Shown: positions 47,193-57,838 of the stretch, one piece after another
How the letters are laid out: every line of letters starts with the position of its first letter
Position numbering within the stretch: the stretch's first letter is position 1
NCBI GenBank assembly: GCA_002269645.1
Contig: NIVC01003713.1
Location: 17,130 to 81,129, forward strand
Origin: Macrostomum lignano
Taxonomy: Eukaryota
Reading direction: 5' to 3'
Length of the DNA: 64,000 bases
Position numbers and translations under genes: made by a program
Notes under the pieces: generated by a model
The model's input: the letters and a program-made list of their open reading frames with translations, nothing else
Database searches by the model: none
What the model was told of the DNA's origin: nothing

Positions 47193-48060
47193 ATCCCACC
47201 GCTGCCACCAGTGAAGTACTTCTCCTTCTCGGGTTCTCGAAGATGTTCCTGAAAATGGAACCCGCTGCTCCTGAAGAAGCTAGATAGCACCGCAGTACTA
47301 CCTATCGATTTGCCTGAAAATGAACCTAAAACGTTGCCGTTACTTGGTAGGGTTGCTGCCACCTTGGTGTGCGGACTCGACGCGTCGGCAGAGTTGTCTA
47401 TCCGTCACCTGAAAGAAAATTAACAAAGTCGCTCGGAGCAAAGGCAAATCTGAAAATGTCTCGACAGTCGATCGTCTTAGTTGAATGCTGCTCGGACCTG
47501 AAAACCTGTAAAACCTGAAATGAGAGAGGAGAGCTCAGGGGCAGAGGCTTCACGAGTTAGCCACAATGCTCCGCGAGACGACGCAGTCTGGAGAAAATGG
47601 CTCGCAGATGCTCCGTATTTATAGACGAGCGGACCCCCAAAAGTCACGTGAGTTTCATGCGGTGAGCGCGTGAAACTTCCTTATTTGGGCATTGGAATCA
47701 TGCGAACGACGCGTGATCCAAGGCCAACTTCCAAATAAGGCAACCCTGTCACGAAGCAGTGGCGTGACTCAAGGTCAGTGGCCACGCTCAGAGTGCGTGC
47801 ACAGTCACGTGCTTATTCTGTGCTAAAAATAGAACCGTGGGCGGATGAGTCATCCTGTTTACTCCCTCTAGGCAGCCCTTACACTCCGCGCAGGTGATGA
47901 GTCATCCTGCTACGCCTCCTCAGCGCGAGTGGGAAGACATTGAGTGTGGCTGCCCGCGCCCGCTCAGGCGATGAGTCATCGGGCAGTAAACACTTAGGCC
48001 CAGCACAGGGTAACTCTCTCACTAGCTCAGGTGGACTGAGATACTGTGCAGCGGATCACA
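47193..48060 (-). mobile_element. Truncated LTR retrotransposon: LTR (~48060-47212, TGT...TTCA) plus tRNA-Leu PBS (47210-47193)
   Basis: Same TTCA-c-TGGTGGCAGCGGTGGGAT junction as at 25111-25133; TATAAATA ~400 nt upstream of the PBS in both copies. Confidence 0.72.
47616..47978 (-). promoter_or_regulatory. Dense promoter/enhancer motif cluster in the LTR: TATA, 2 CArG boxes, 4 AP-1 sites, MEF2 site, 2 E-boxes
   Basis: TATAAATA 47623-16; CCTTATTTGG 47679-88; CCAAATAAGG 47731-40; TGACTCA 47765-71; TGAGTCA 47846-52, 47898-904, 47972-78; CTAAAAATAG 47823-32; CACGTG 47645-50 and 47806-11. Function is inferred from consensus match only. Confidence 0.6.
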
Positions 48061-48108
48061 GCACTCTTAAGGAAAGCTAGTGAATGCTGCTGAATAGCCA
48101 GATAGCAG

Positions 48109-51100
48109 CCAGTCACTACACAAGCAGCTGCTGACATCGCCTCCAGCCCGCCGTACATGGCGGTTCAGCGAGACCATCTCCAGCTGGCGGACCAGCTGGC
48201 TGAAGACGACCAGACGGCCATTCAGATGGCCATCCGAGCTGGCTCCGACGACCTGCTGCGGCTGCTGCTGGCGGCCGGTGCTGACCCTTGGATTCTTAAG
48301 CCAAAGTACAAGCAAGCGACAGGCATTGGTGTCACTGGCCGGACAGGCGCGCAAGTCGTGAGTTTTTCTTTGTGATAGAACTCTTGGCATGTCAGTTCCC
48401 GTGATTCACATGTAGCGAACATACTTCTGAGCTGGTCCCCGTGATTCACATGTAACGAACATACTTCTGAGCTGGTCCCCGTGATTCACGTGTAGCGAAC
48501 ATACTCCTGAGCTGGTCCCCGTGATTCACATGTAGCGAACATACTCCTGAGCTGGTCCCCGTGATTCACATGTAGCGAACATACTTCTGAGCTGGTCCCC
48601 GTGATTCACATGTAGCGAACATACTCCTGAGCTGGTCCCCGTGATTCACATGTAGCGAACATACTTCTGAGCTGGTCCCCGTGATTCACGTGTAGCGAAC
48701 ATACTCCTGAGCTGGTCCCCGTGATTCACATGTAGCGAACATACTCCTGAGCTTGTCCCCCAACATGTGAATTCCGTGGCCTGCATGTTGCTGTAGTCTC
48801 GAACTGCCTCTTGATCCTCATCAGCCAGGTGATTCCGATGAAGAATCTGATGCTGGACTTGTTAGCCATGGCGAAAGCTACTGAGCGATCGCACCTTCTC
48901 GGCTCTACCGAATGCTTACCGGGTACAGGCCAGTTTGTGTCTTTATCAGCCTGTACACCAGATTCTCTTGTCTGTTCACCTCTCCGCTCCAACATTCTTG
49001 AGCTTTGGACTCATCTCAATGGTCAATTGGCACTCGAAGGAACACGTAGCAGCTTAGCGATTCTCCAGGAATCAGACAGCGGCAGACTGACTGGAAGTAG
49101 AGGACGCAGACTCTAGCAAGCCGGTTGAACTGCGCCAACGTTACCTTCTAACAGCACTCGGTATCGGAGAGCGCTAGTATTAGCAACGATGGCGTCCCAG
49201 ACACTTGAATATATAACCCCATTCCCGCTTGTCCGAGCCTCTCGCACCTTGCTAACAAATCGATGCTCAACTCTCAGCGCAGATGCAAGACACTACTCAG
49301 GAGAGGAAATGAAGCACTGAAGCACACGTGCAAAACCTGGAACTTTCCTCCTAAAGGCTGATCAAAGACGCAAGGAAAAGTTCAAAAACAATTTCTATGG
49401 CCGAGACTGCCAAGCAAGAATGAGTTTCTTCTGTGCACTTTTTGTGAGCTTGAGCTCATACGCTTGTAGATCGATTGCAAGTTCATTAACTTAATTATTT
49501 TGTTTTCATTTACTGACTGTTAAAAAATTTAATTGATAGCAGCTCAGTCGGATATTGGAGGCATCAGGTCCGGAAGACAGTCGGCTGTCGGCTCTTTGAT
49601 AGCTTCGTCACCTGATAAGGGAATTCTGCAGGGAGCTCTGTAGATTCAGAAGGACTCAATGACCAGCAGCAGCGGCTCCAGCAGCCCGGCAGTTCAGCAG
49701 CCCAGCAGCGGGCAGCTCAGCTCGCTGTCTCCCGAGCCTCAGCTCTCATCGGCCAGCGGCGGCTGCAACTTCAGGGACAGCTGTGACGACGGCGGTGGTG
49801 GTGGCATAGGCGGTGGAGGCGCTCATGGAGTCTCCCGAAGTGACGACGCCGCCCGTCAGCTGATCTCGTCAATCAGCGGCTCGGTGGAGGCGGGCCGCTC
49901 CGTGCTGGAGGAGGTCCGCAGTCGTCTCCGCCCGGTGGCCGGCGCTCGCACGGCAACCGCGGCAGCCTCGGCGGCCTTCGATGGTGACTTCAGGAGCCGC
50001 CTTCGGCACCCCAACGGGGCCGCTGCGGCATTGTCTTCGTCCGGCTTCGGCCTGGCGGACAACTTTGAGGCGGTCATCCGCCTGACGAGGCAGCGACTGC
50101 GGCCCGCGGCGGAGGGCCGCCGACCATCCGAGGCTGATGCGGCGGCAGCGGCTACGGCGGCTGCGGCGGCCGCAGATCCCGAAGACGAGGCGGCGCTGTG
50201 GGGCTCGCCGGACTTCGCCGACCTGCTGCGGCACCGGCGGAGAAGTCTCCGACCAGCTCAGGAAGCGCCGTCTTGGATAGCTGCGGCCGTGACGTCTCAA
50301 ACATCACACCAGCCACCGCACCAGCCACCGCACCAGCCACCGCACCAGCCACCGCACCAGCCACCGCACCAGCCATCGCACCAGCCACCGCACCAGCCAC
50401 CGCACCAGCCACCGCACCAGCCACCGCACCAGCCATCGCACCAGCCACCGCACCAGCCATCGCACCAGCCATCGCACCAGCCACCGCACCAGCCAACGCA
50501 CCAGCCGCCGCAGCTCGGTGACACGGACACGGACTCGCAGGCCGATTCGGAGATTCTCGACAGCGTCAGCGCCGTTGGTACTCCTGCGACAACCACAGAG
50601 GAGCCGCTGCAGCTCTGCGAAGCTGCAGAGGTCGGAGACGCCGCCTCCAGCGCCGGTCCTGGCTGTCGGAGTGAAGTCGGAGACTCGGATACGGCGCTGC
50701 AAAGATCGGCGGCGGCCGCCGCTCTCGCCGTGTCGACCAGCGCATTGAATTCGCTAGTGGTTTTTGACACGGGCAGCCTGCAGGGCGAGGCGGCGAGGCA
50801 GTGAGGATGGGACGGACTGAGGATGGGGCGGACTGAGGATGGGGCGGACTGAGGATGGGGCGGACTGAGGATGGGGCGGACTGAGGATGGGGCGGACTGA
50901 GGATGGGGCGGACTGAGGATGGGGCGGACTGAGGATGGGGCGGACTGAGGATGGGGCGGACTGAGGATGGGGCGGACTGAGGATGGGGCGGACTGAGGAT
51001 GGGGCGGACTGAGGATGGGGCGGACTGAGGATGGGGCGGACTGAGGATGGGGCGGACTGAGGATGGGGCGGACTGAGGATGGGGCGGACTGAGGATGGGG

Positions 51101-51625
51101 CGGACTGAGGATGGCGCGGACTGAGGATGGCGCGGACTGAGGATGGGGCGGACTGAGGATGGGGCGGACTGAGGATGGGGCGGACTGAGGAAGGGGCGGA
51201 CTGAGGATGGGGCGGACTGAGGATGGGGCGGACTGATGTTTCAGATGTTTACCCCGTTTGCCAACCCCTCATGAAACAGGATGTCTCCGCTGGCAGATTG
51301 GACATCAGACTTACCGCCAGAAGACCAGCCCGAATGCCAGCCCGAATACCAGCCCGAATGCCAGCCTGAGTGCCAGCCCGAACGCCAGCCCTCCCTGCAG
51401 GAGCTTCAGCACCTTCAAGAGCGCGCGGCGGCCGCGGTAGCGGCCCATTTTGAGCTGCTTGGGCTCGGGGACGCATCGTTGCGGCTGCAGAGGCGGCGGC
51501 GGAGGCGGCAGCAACGACTGGAGAGGCTGCAGCATTCGGGAGGCGGCGCTGATGAAGCGCAGAGGCTGAGCAGCTCGTCTCTTGATGAGCAGCAGCAGCA
51601 GGAGGAGGCGGTCAATACTGACTGA
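48109..51625 (+). CDS. Gene or gene fragment: ankyrin-repeat exon (~48109-48357), low-complexity exon 49644-50800 with (HQPP)n, terminal exon 51280-51625 with (QPEC)n
   Basis: DQTAIQMAIRAGSDDLLRLLLAAGADPW resembles an ankyrin repeat. Donor gtgagt (phase 0) matches ctgtag|ATT; ca|gtgagg (phase 2) matches aacag|G ATG. The 5' end is unclear. Confidence 0.5.
48395..48760. repeat. 40-bp tandem repeat (GTGATTCACATGTAGCGAACATACTCCTGAGCTGGTCCCC)n
   Basis: About 9 copies. Confidence 0.93.
48770..49430 (+). pseudogene. Possible decayed LINE (CR1/L2-like) 3' fragment
   Basis: Broken frames end in RRKEKFKNNFYGR, reminiscent of LINE ORF2 C-termini; weak. Confidence 0.3.
50805..51236. repeat. 16-bp minisatellite (GAGGATGGGGCGGACT)n forming an intron
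   Basis: About 27 nearly identical copies starting at the donor. Confidence 0.96.
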
Positions 51626-52209
51626 CAGGCCCGGGTGACAGCGGCGCGGTAATCCGGCAGAGCAGGGAGGGCTGAGGACAGTCGGGGTCCTGATGGGGGA
51701 GCCCCTGATTGAAGCACCGGGGCACCAGCTGTAGCGGCCTTTTCATGTATTTCAGTTTCGGTAACATTTTAGTGCTTCTGTTGACTGCTGTAAATACAAA
51801 AGTGCGCGGAGAGGCAGCAGTGGAGGAGGCGGGACATTCCGAAAAGTGAAATTGTAGTGTAAGTGAAATTCAATTAGCAATGAACATGGGATAGAAGTCG
51901 ATGGAGTCTGAATGCTTCATCAAAGATAATTCTTCGCCAATTGAGTTGTTTGACAACGCCTGGTGCTAAAATGACGAATTTACCTTAATTAGAATGATGC
52001 ATTTTGGTTATGATTTATTTACAATTGTCTTAGCTTCATTTTGTCAGTTTCCTGTTTTCCATTTAATAAGGACTGCCATTTAATAGCATCTGCTTTGCTC
52101 AAAAATCCAAAGTTACTAGGTGCCTACTCTTTAGTAGCACTGATTAAGGCTGAATTCGTTGCTTTTTCGGTGGGGCGAATTTTATTTGTTGTCACGTGAC
52201 TGGCGTACC

Positions 52210-53350
52210 GGTCCCAGAATCACCGGTGGGAGCTGCATCAAAGACCAGGAAGATCCAGCAATTTAGAGTCCCAGAATCTCCGGTGCGAGCTGCATCAAAG
52301 ACCAGGAAGATCCATCAATTAGAGTCCCAGAATCACCGGTGGGAGCTGCATCAAAGACCAGGAAGATCCATCAATTAGAGTCCCAGAATCTCCGGTGCGA
52401 GCTGCATCAAAGACCAGGAAGATCCATCAATTAGAGTCCCAGAATCACCGGTAGGAGCTGCATCAAAGACCAGGAAGATCCATCAATTAGAGTCCCAGAA
52501 TCTCCGGTGCGAGCTGCATCAAAGACCAGGAAGATCCATCAATTAGAGTCCCAGAATCACCGGTGGGAGCTGCATCAAAGACCAGGAAGATCCATCAATT
52601 AGAGTCCCAGAATCACCGGTGGGAGCTGCATCAAATATCAGGAATATTCAGCAATTAGAGTCCTAGAATCTCCGGTGGGAGCTACATCAAAGACCAGTAA
52701 GATCCAGCAGTTAGAGTCCCAGAATCTCCGGTGGGAGCTACATCAAAGACCAGGAATATTCAGCAATTAGAGTCCCAGAATCTCCGGTGGGAGCTACATC
52801 AAAGACCAGTAAGATCCAGCAATTAGAGTCCTAGAATCACCGGTGGGAGCTACATCAAAGACCAGGAAGATCCATCAATTAGAGTCCCAGAATCACCGGT
52901 GGGAGCTGCATCAAAGACCAGGAAGATCCATCAATTAGAGTCCCAGAATCACCGGTGGGAGCTGCATCAAATATCAGGAATATTCAGCAATTAGAGTCCT
53001 AGAATCTCCGGTGGGAGCTACATCAAAGACCAGTAAGATCCAGCAGTTAGAGTCCCAGAATCTCCGGTGGGAGCTACATCAAAGACCAGGAATATTCAGC
53101 AATTAGAGTCCCAGAATCTCCGGTGGGAGCTACATCAAAGACCAGAAAGATCCAGCAATTAGAGTCCTAGAATCACCGGTGGGAGCTACATCAAAGACCA
53201 GTAAGATCCAGCAGTTAGAGTCCTAGAATCTCCGGTGGGAGCTGCATCAAAGGCCAGTAAGATCCAGCAATTAGAGTCCCAGAATATCCGGTGGGAGCTG
53301 CATCAAAGACCAGGAAGATCCAGCAATTTAGAGTCCCAGAATCACCGGTG
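52210..53350. repeat. 56-bp tandem repeat (AGAGTCCCAGAATCACCGGTGGGAGCTGCATCAAAGACCAGGAAGATCCATCAATT)n
   Basis: About 20 copies. Confidence 0.94.
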
Positions 53351-53767
53351 GTTTTGTTAAGTTGCTTTTCAAGAGGTACGAGCGTACTTATAGAGTTTCA
53401 CTGCTCTCTGTACGTTTTCTTTAGTTTAACCCTAAATATTGCGAGCGTATTTAAACTAAGATGTGCTATGGTATTGATTTGAACAAAATCTTTCGTTTAG
53501 CCTGCTTAAATTAACAGAATTTTCAATACTAATAGTAATTTGCGCTATGATTGGCCAAAGCAATTGTATACAAGTAAGCTAACAAGGAGATTAATATTCT
53601 CACTTGAATGTTTACGCAGCTTCAATGATGCATGCATTAATACATGTAGATGGCTTAAAATTTAAGGTATTGCAATATTTGAATAAATTAAAATTGCACT
53701 GACAACTTATAGTACAATGTGCTGTACATCCTACTGACAGCGGCCACACTGTCAGTGTAAAAAAGTC

Positions 53768-54181
53768 AATCAGTCAGTCAGTCAGTCAGTCAGTCAGTCA
53801 GTCAGTCAGTCAGTCAGTCAGTCAGTCAGTCAGTCAGTCAGTCAGTCAGTCAGTCAGTCAGTCAATCAGTCAGTCAGTCAGTCAGTCAGTCAGTCAGTCA
53901 GTCAGTCAGTCAGTCAGTCAGTCAGTCAGTCAGTCAGTCAGTCAGTCAGTCAGTCAGTCAGTCAGTCAGTCAATCAGTCAGTCAGTCAGTCAGTCAGTCA
54001 GTCAGTCAGTCAGTCAGTCAGTCAGTCAGTCAGTCAGTCAGTCAGTCAGTCAGTCAGTCAGTCAGTCAGTCAGTCAGTCAGTCAGTCAGTCAGTCAGTCA
54101 GTCAGTCAGTCAGTCAGTCAGTCAGTCAGTCAGTCAGTCAGTCAGTCAGTCAGTCAGTCAGTCAGTCAGTCAGTCAGTCAG
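53768..54181. repeat. (CAGT)n microsatellite
   Basis: About 100 units; supplies the stop codon of the adjacent gene. Confidence 0.97.
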
Positions 54182-54670
54182 TTTCTGACAACGCCAACAA
54201 TGTCAGCATACACGACATCGCCTCCAGATTTTCGGTCTCCGCGCACCGCCAGAGTCGCAGCCTCGCCTGGGTTGCCAGCGGCCTCAGCTGATGCACAGCG
54301 TCGGCCCCTAGATGCGGTGCCCGGCTCGTCCAGCGCCTTCTTGTCGATGTCAGCGTAGACGGTTGCCCTCAGATTTCGTCGAGCTTCGCCTTCGCCATCG
54401 TCAGCGGCCTCAGCCTGAGAAGCCGCCGAGGTTGCGGAGCGTCGCCGGCGGAGGAAGTCGTTAAGTCGCGTCTGAGCTGCCTCCCACTGCCGCATGTCTT
54501 CGGCGAGGGCCTCGCTGACTGCTGAGCTTCTAGGAACTGCGGGAGACTGTGGGATGCACTGCATTGTATAGTTTAGTATACATAGTATTGCCTAATCTCA
54601 TTGGGAGTTTTGTACTCACCGGTTTCTCTTCACTGCTGTCTCGAGTTCTGGGTCGAAGACAGCAGAGCAT
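54178..54670 (-). CDS. Small two-exon gene, paralog 2 (139 aa): exon 54670-54620 MLCCLRPRTRDSSEEKP, exon 54546-54178 SPAVPR...EDMRQWEAAQTRLNDFLRRRR...TVYADI...VVYADIVGVVRN*
   Basis: In-frame TAA upstream of the ATG; gtgagt donor; cacag acceptor in phase 0; homology to paralog 1. Confidence 0.78.
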
Positions 54671-54699
54671 GATGTTGTTTCCGTTTTCTTGTGTCCGTT

Positions 54700-54903
54700 A
54701 TTGTTGTTCCTGTTCCTGTTGTTGTTGTTTTTGCTGTTGTTGCTGTTGTTAGTTGTTGTTTCTGTTGTTGTTGTTGTTGTTTCTGTTGTTGTTGCTGCAG
54801 TTGTTTCGGCTGTTGTTGCTGTTGTTGCTGTTGTTGCTGTTGTTGCTGTTGTTGTTACTGTTGTTTCTGTTGTTGTTGCTGTTTTTGCTGTTGTTGCTGT
54901 TGT
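54700..54903. repeat. (TTG/CTG)n trinucleotide tract, probable 5' UTR of paralog 2
   Basis: Direct observation. Confidence 0.85.
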
Positions 54904-55401
54904 TAAAAAATCATGAAGTCTGAAACGGACTGACTACTGAAACGTAAGTGAGTTATCGAACCGAAATTCCTTTATAGCTTTCGAAATCAACGTGTCCTGT
55001 TAAGAGGTAACCAAACCAACTGGCTGGGGCCAATATAAATGTATTTGCGCACTAGAAAACTGTTGTGTATCTTACACTGGCAGATACACTGCGCACTGCA
55101 TTTATATACAAGTATCGAATGTCTAATTAAATCTGCATGCAGTCATGAGGTCTCACAAATGGACACAAAAAGCGAGGAGAGGAAATTAAATATATTTGCA
55201 CAGAGCTTCCACACCTGCCCGCCCTTGGGAGGGGGGGGGATGGGGCGGAGCTCATTCGAGCTTCGGGCATGAAGTTTGCAAAAATGCAAAGACAGTTCTG
55301 AACGCAGCCTGCCTGTCTGTGAGAACAGAACGAAACAGTTCTGTGCATATCTGTTTGTTGTGCGCAAAGTCTGTCCCTGTTATTCTAATTTTAAATATCT
55401 T

Positions 55402-56575
55402 TGGGTTTAGGTTTGAGTTGGGGTTGGGGTTGGGGTTGAGGTTGGGGTTGGAGTTGGGGTTGGGGTTGGGGTTTGGGTTTGGGTTGGGGTTGGGTTGAGG
55501 TTGAAGTTTGGGTTTGGGTTGGGGTTTGGGTTTGGGTTGGTGTTTGGGTTTGGGTTGGGTTTGGGTTGGGGTTGGGGTTGGGTTTGGGGTTGGGGTTGGG
55601 TTTGGGTTTGGGTTTGTGTTTGGGTTTGGGTTGGAGTTGGGGTTGGGGTTGGGGTTTGGGTTTGGGTTTGGGTTTGGGTTGGGGTTGGGTTGAGGTTGAA
55701 GTTTGGGTTTGGGTTGGGGTTTGGGTTTGGGTTGGTGTTTGGGTTTGGGTTGGGGTTGGGGTTTGGGTTGGGGTTGGGTTTGGGTTGGGGTTGGGGTTGG
55801 GGTTGGGGTTGGGGTTGGGTTTGGTTTAGATTTTGGTTGGGGTTGGGGTTGGGGTTGGGGTTGGGTTTAGATTTGGGTTGGGGTTGGGGTTGGTGTTGGG
55901 GTTGGGTTGAGGTTGAAGTTTGGGTTTGGTTTGGGGTTTGGGTTTAGATTTGGGTTGGGGTTGGGGTTGGTGTTGGGGTTGGGGTTTGGGTTTAGATTTG
56001 GGTTGGGATTGGGGTTGGGGTTGGGGTTCGGGTTCGGGTTCGGATTCAGGTTGGGGTTGGGGTTGGAGTTTGGTTTTAGATTTGGGTTGGGGTTGGGGCA
56101 GGGACTACTTAAACTAGGGACGGGAAAGTGGCCAAATATAGTTGGAGGCTGGTTTTTTCTAGTGCTCCCTAGAACTTATTATTGAACGTAGAAAGCTGGG
56201 TTTTTCGCCATCCTGTACAGAATTTATCCCTCTACAAGATTCAAAACTCGATTTTTGTCAACCTTCATTCTGATAGAAGCAGTGAGCTTTTTTACAGGAC
56301 CCCCTTTTTCGGGAGTTTAACATAGCAAACGCCCTATTGAAATGTCTAGGGTTTCTGCACACGCATCATCGCTAATAACATAAGCTTTAACATAAACATA
56401 ATTAGTTTAAGTAGTCCCTGGGTTGGGTTGGGGTTTGGGTTGGGGTTTGGGTTGGGGTTTGGGTTGGGGTTAGGGTTGGGGTTGGGGTTGGGGTTGGGGT
56501 TTGGGTTGGGGTTTGGATTGGGGCTGGGCCAATGGTTTGGGTTTGTTTCTGGGTTTGGGTTAGCATTAGGGTCGC
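55402..56575. repeat. Degenerate (GGGTT[T/G])n G-rich array, split by a MITE
   Basis: Hexamer-like G-runs at 55402-56098 and 56421-56575. Confidence 0.9.
56099..56420. mobile_element. 322-bp non-autonomous hAT-like MITE
   Basis: Perfect 18-bp TIR CAGGGACTACTTAAACTA / TAGTTTAAGTAGTCCCTG; flanks GGTTGGGG / GGTTGGGT (7 of 8, uninformative inside the repeat). Confidence 0.7.
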
Positions 56576-57274
56576 TAGTCAAGTGTCGTGGATCGCCTAC
56601 TTGAAGTAGGAGCTAAGAAAAAGCCTTCGAGTTAAGAGTATCCATTGGGATGACGCTGGTGTTTTTAATTAATTTTCAGTTTAATCAGTAATTTTTAAAA
56701 ACGTATTTAAGGATTTAGACAAGTCCTTGACAAGATTTTGATTTGTATCAGACTGCGTTGTGATCTTGCAATGGAATTGAAGAATATTGCTGTTATTGAA
56801 GAGTTTATAATGAGTGGTGATCAGTCACTCAAAAACTCCCACTTCTAGACACTGGGGAACAAGTGCCTAGGTATAAACAAAATCGAATAACTCTTAGCTC
56901 GTACTGCAGCGGATCCTCTTGAGGTTGGTATTCGGCAGTAGTATACGTTTTTTTGACACAAAGCCGATTTCCTTATGGCGAAATACATAGTAAGTACAGG
57001 CCCAAAAAAATGGCAGAGTCTGAAATTTGCCGTGCACGCAAACTAGCTTTTACGCAATGAATTAACCAATTAGCTGAATCACTTTTACGCAAACACCTGT
57101 CTATCCACCTAAATTCTATCCGCAATGAATGCAGCTAATTACAAGCCCAACCAAAATTCAATTTGACACAAAGCTTATTTCGCGTATAACTTAACGCATT
57201 TAAATTCTTCTTTTCAAGCAGTATTGTATATTTCAACTAGATACAAACACAATTTGACGCACAAATTAGCGAGT

Positions 57275-57838
57275 TTACAAATATTGAGGCAGCACTCGTA
57301 AAACAAAATTGCGTAATTTAGCATACAAGTATCGAAACGAACCAGTGCGAATTATATTCCGTTTAAAAACGCTTCGAATAAAACACTCTAGGTTTCCTCT
57401 GGTAGTCAACTTATGAAAAATATAAAAAATTACCCAAAATCCACAACTTCCACTCTGTGGGTCTTGGATAGCAAAGCGACTATAACACCAATTTTTCGAA
57501 TTTCCACATTCTTTTCCTAGCCATTTTGCTATTCTTGGCAATGGTACTAGACCAAGAGAATCAAAATATTCACCAAGTCGTTTGCTACCGCGACCTGCTC
57601 GATGACCATAAACCCAAACGCATACCCAATGTTTTCCGGGCAGGTTGGAGACGTCAGTATTAACGATAAAAAAATAGTCTTTACCGTCTAAAGGTAAGCG
57701 TCTAAGTCCACCAACAAAGTTTTGAGGAAAAACACCAAGAAATACAACATTTAAAAAATGTGCGCACAATTTCGATACAACATTGCGAAGGAAGCGATCT
57801 GTTACACCACGATCTAGGATAGAATCAATTACTTCCAT
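57275..57838 (-). CDS. Adenain-like cysteine maturation protease
   Basis: FIVNTD...PGKHW (His), EYFDSLG (Asp), IQDPQSGSCG (Gln/Cys). Confidence 0.92.
   Translation of the reverse strand: MEVIDSILDRGVTDRFLRNVVSKLCAHFLNVVFLGVFPQNFVGGLRRLPLDGKDYFFIVNTDVSNLPGKHWVCVWVYGHRAGRGSKRLGEYFDSLGLVPLPRIAKWLGKECGNSKNWCYSRFAIQDPQSGSCGFWVIFYIFHKLTTRGNLECFIRSVFKRNIIRTGSFRYLYAKLRNFVLRVLPQYL

Noticed and set aside
48395-53350. 40-bp and 56-bp regular repeats as CRISPR arrays
   Set aside because: Head-to-tail units without unique spacers, no cas genes, eukaryotic context.
55402-56575. True telomere or Gly-Leu-rich protein genes
   Set aside because: Units are mostly GGGTTT/GGGTTG, the array is internal and flanked by ordinary sequence, and the ORFs are repeat artefacts.
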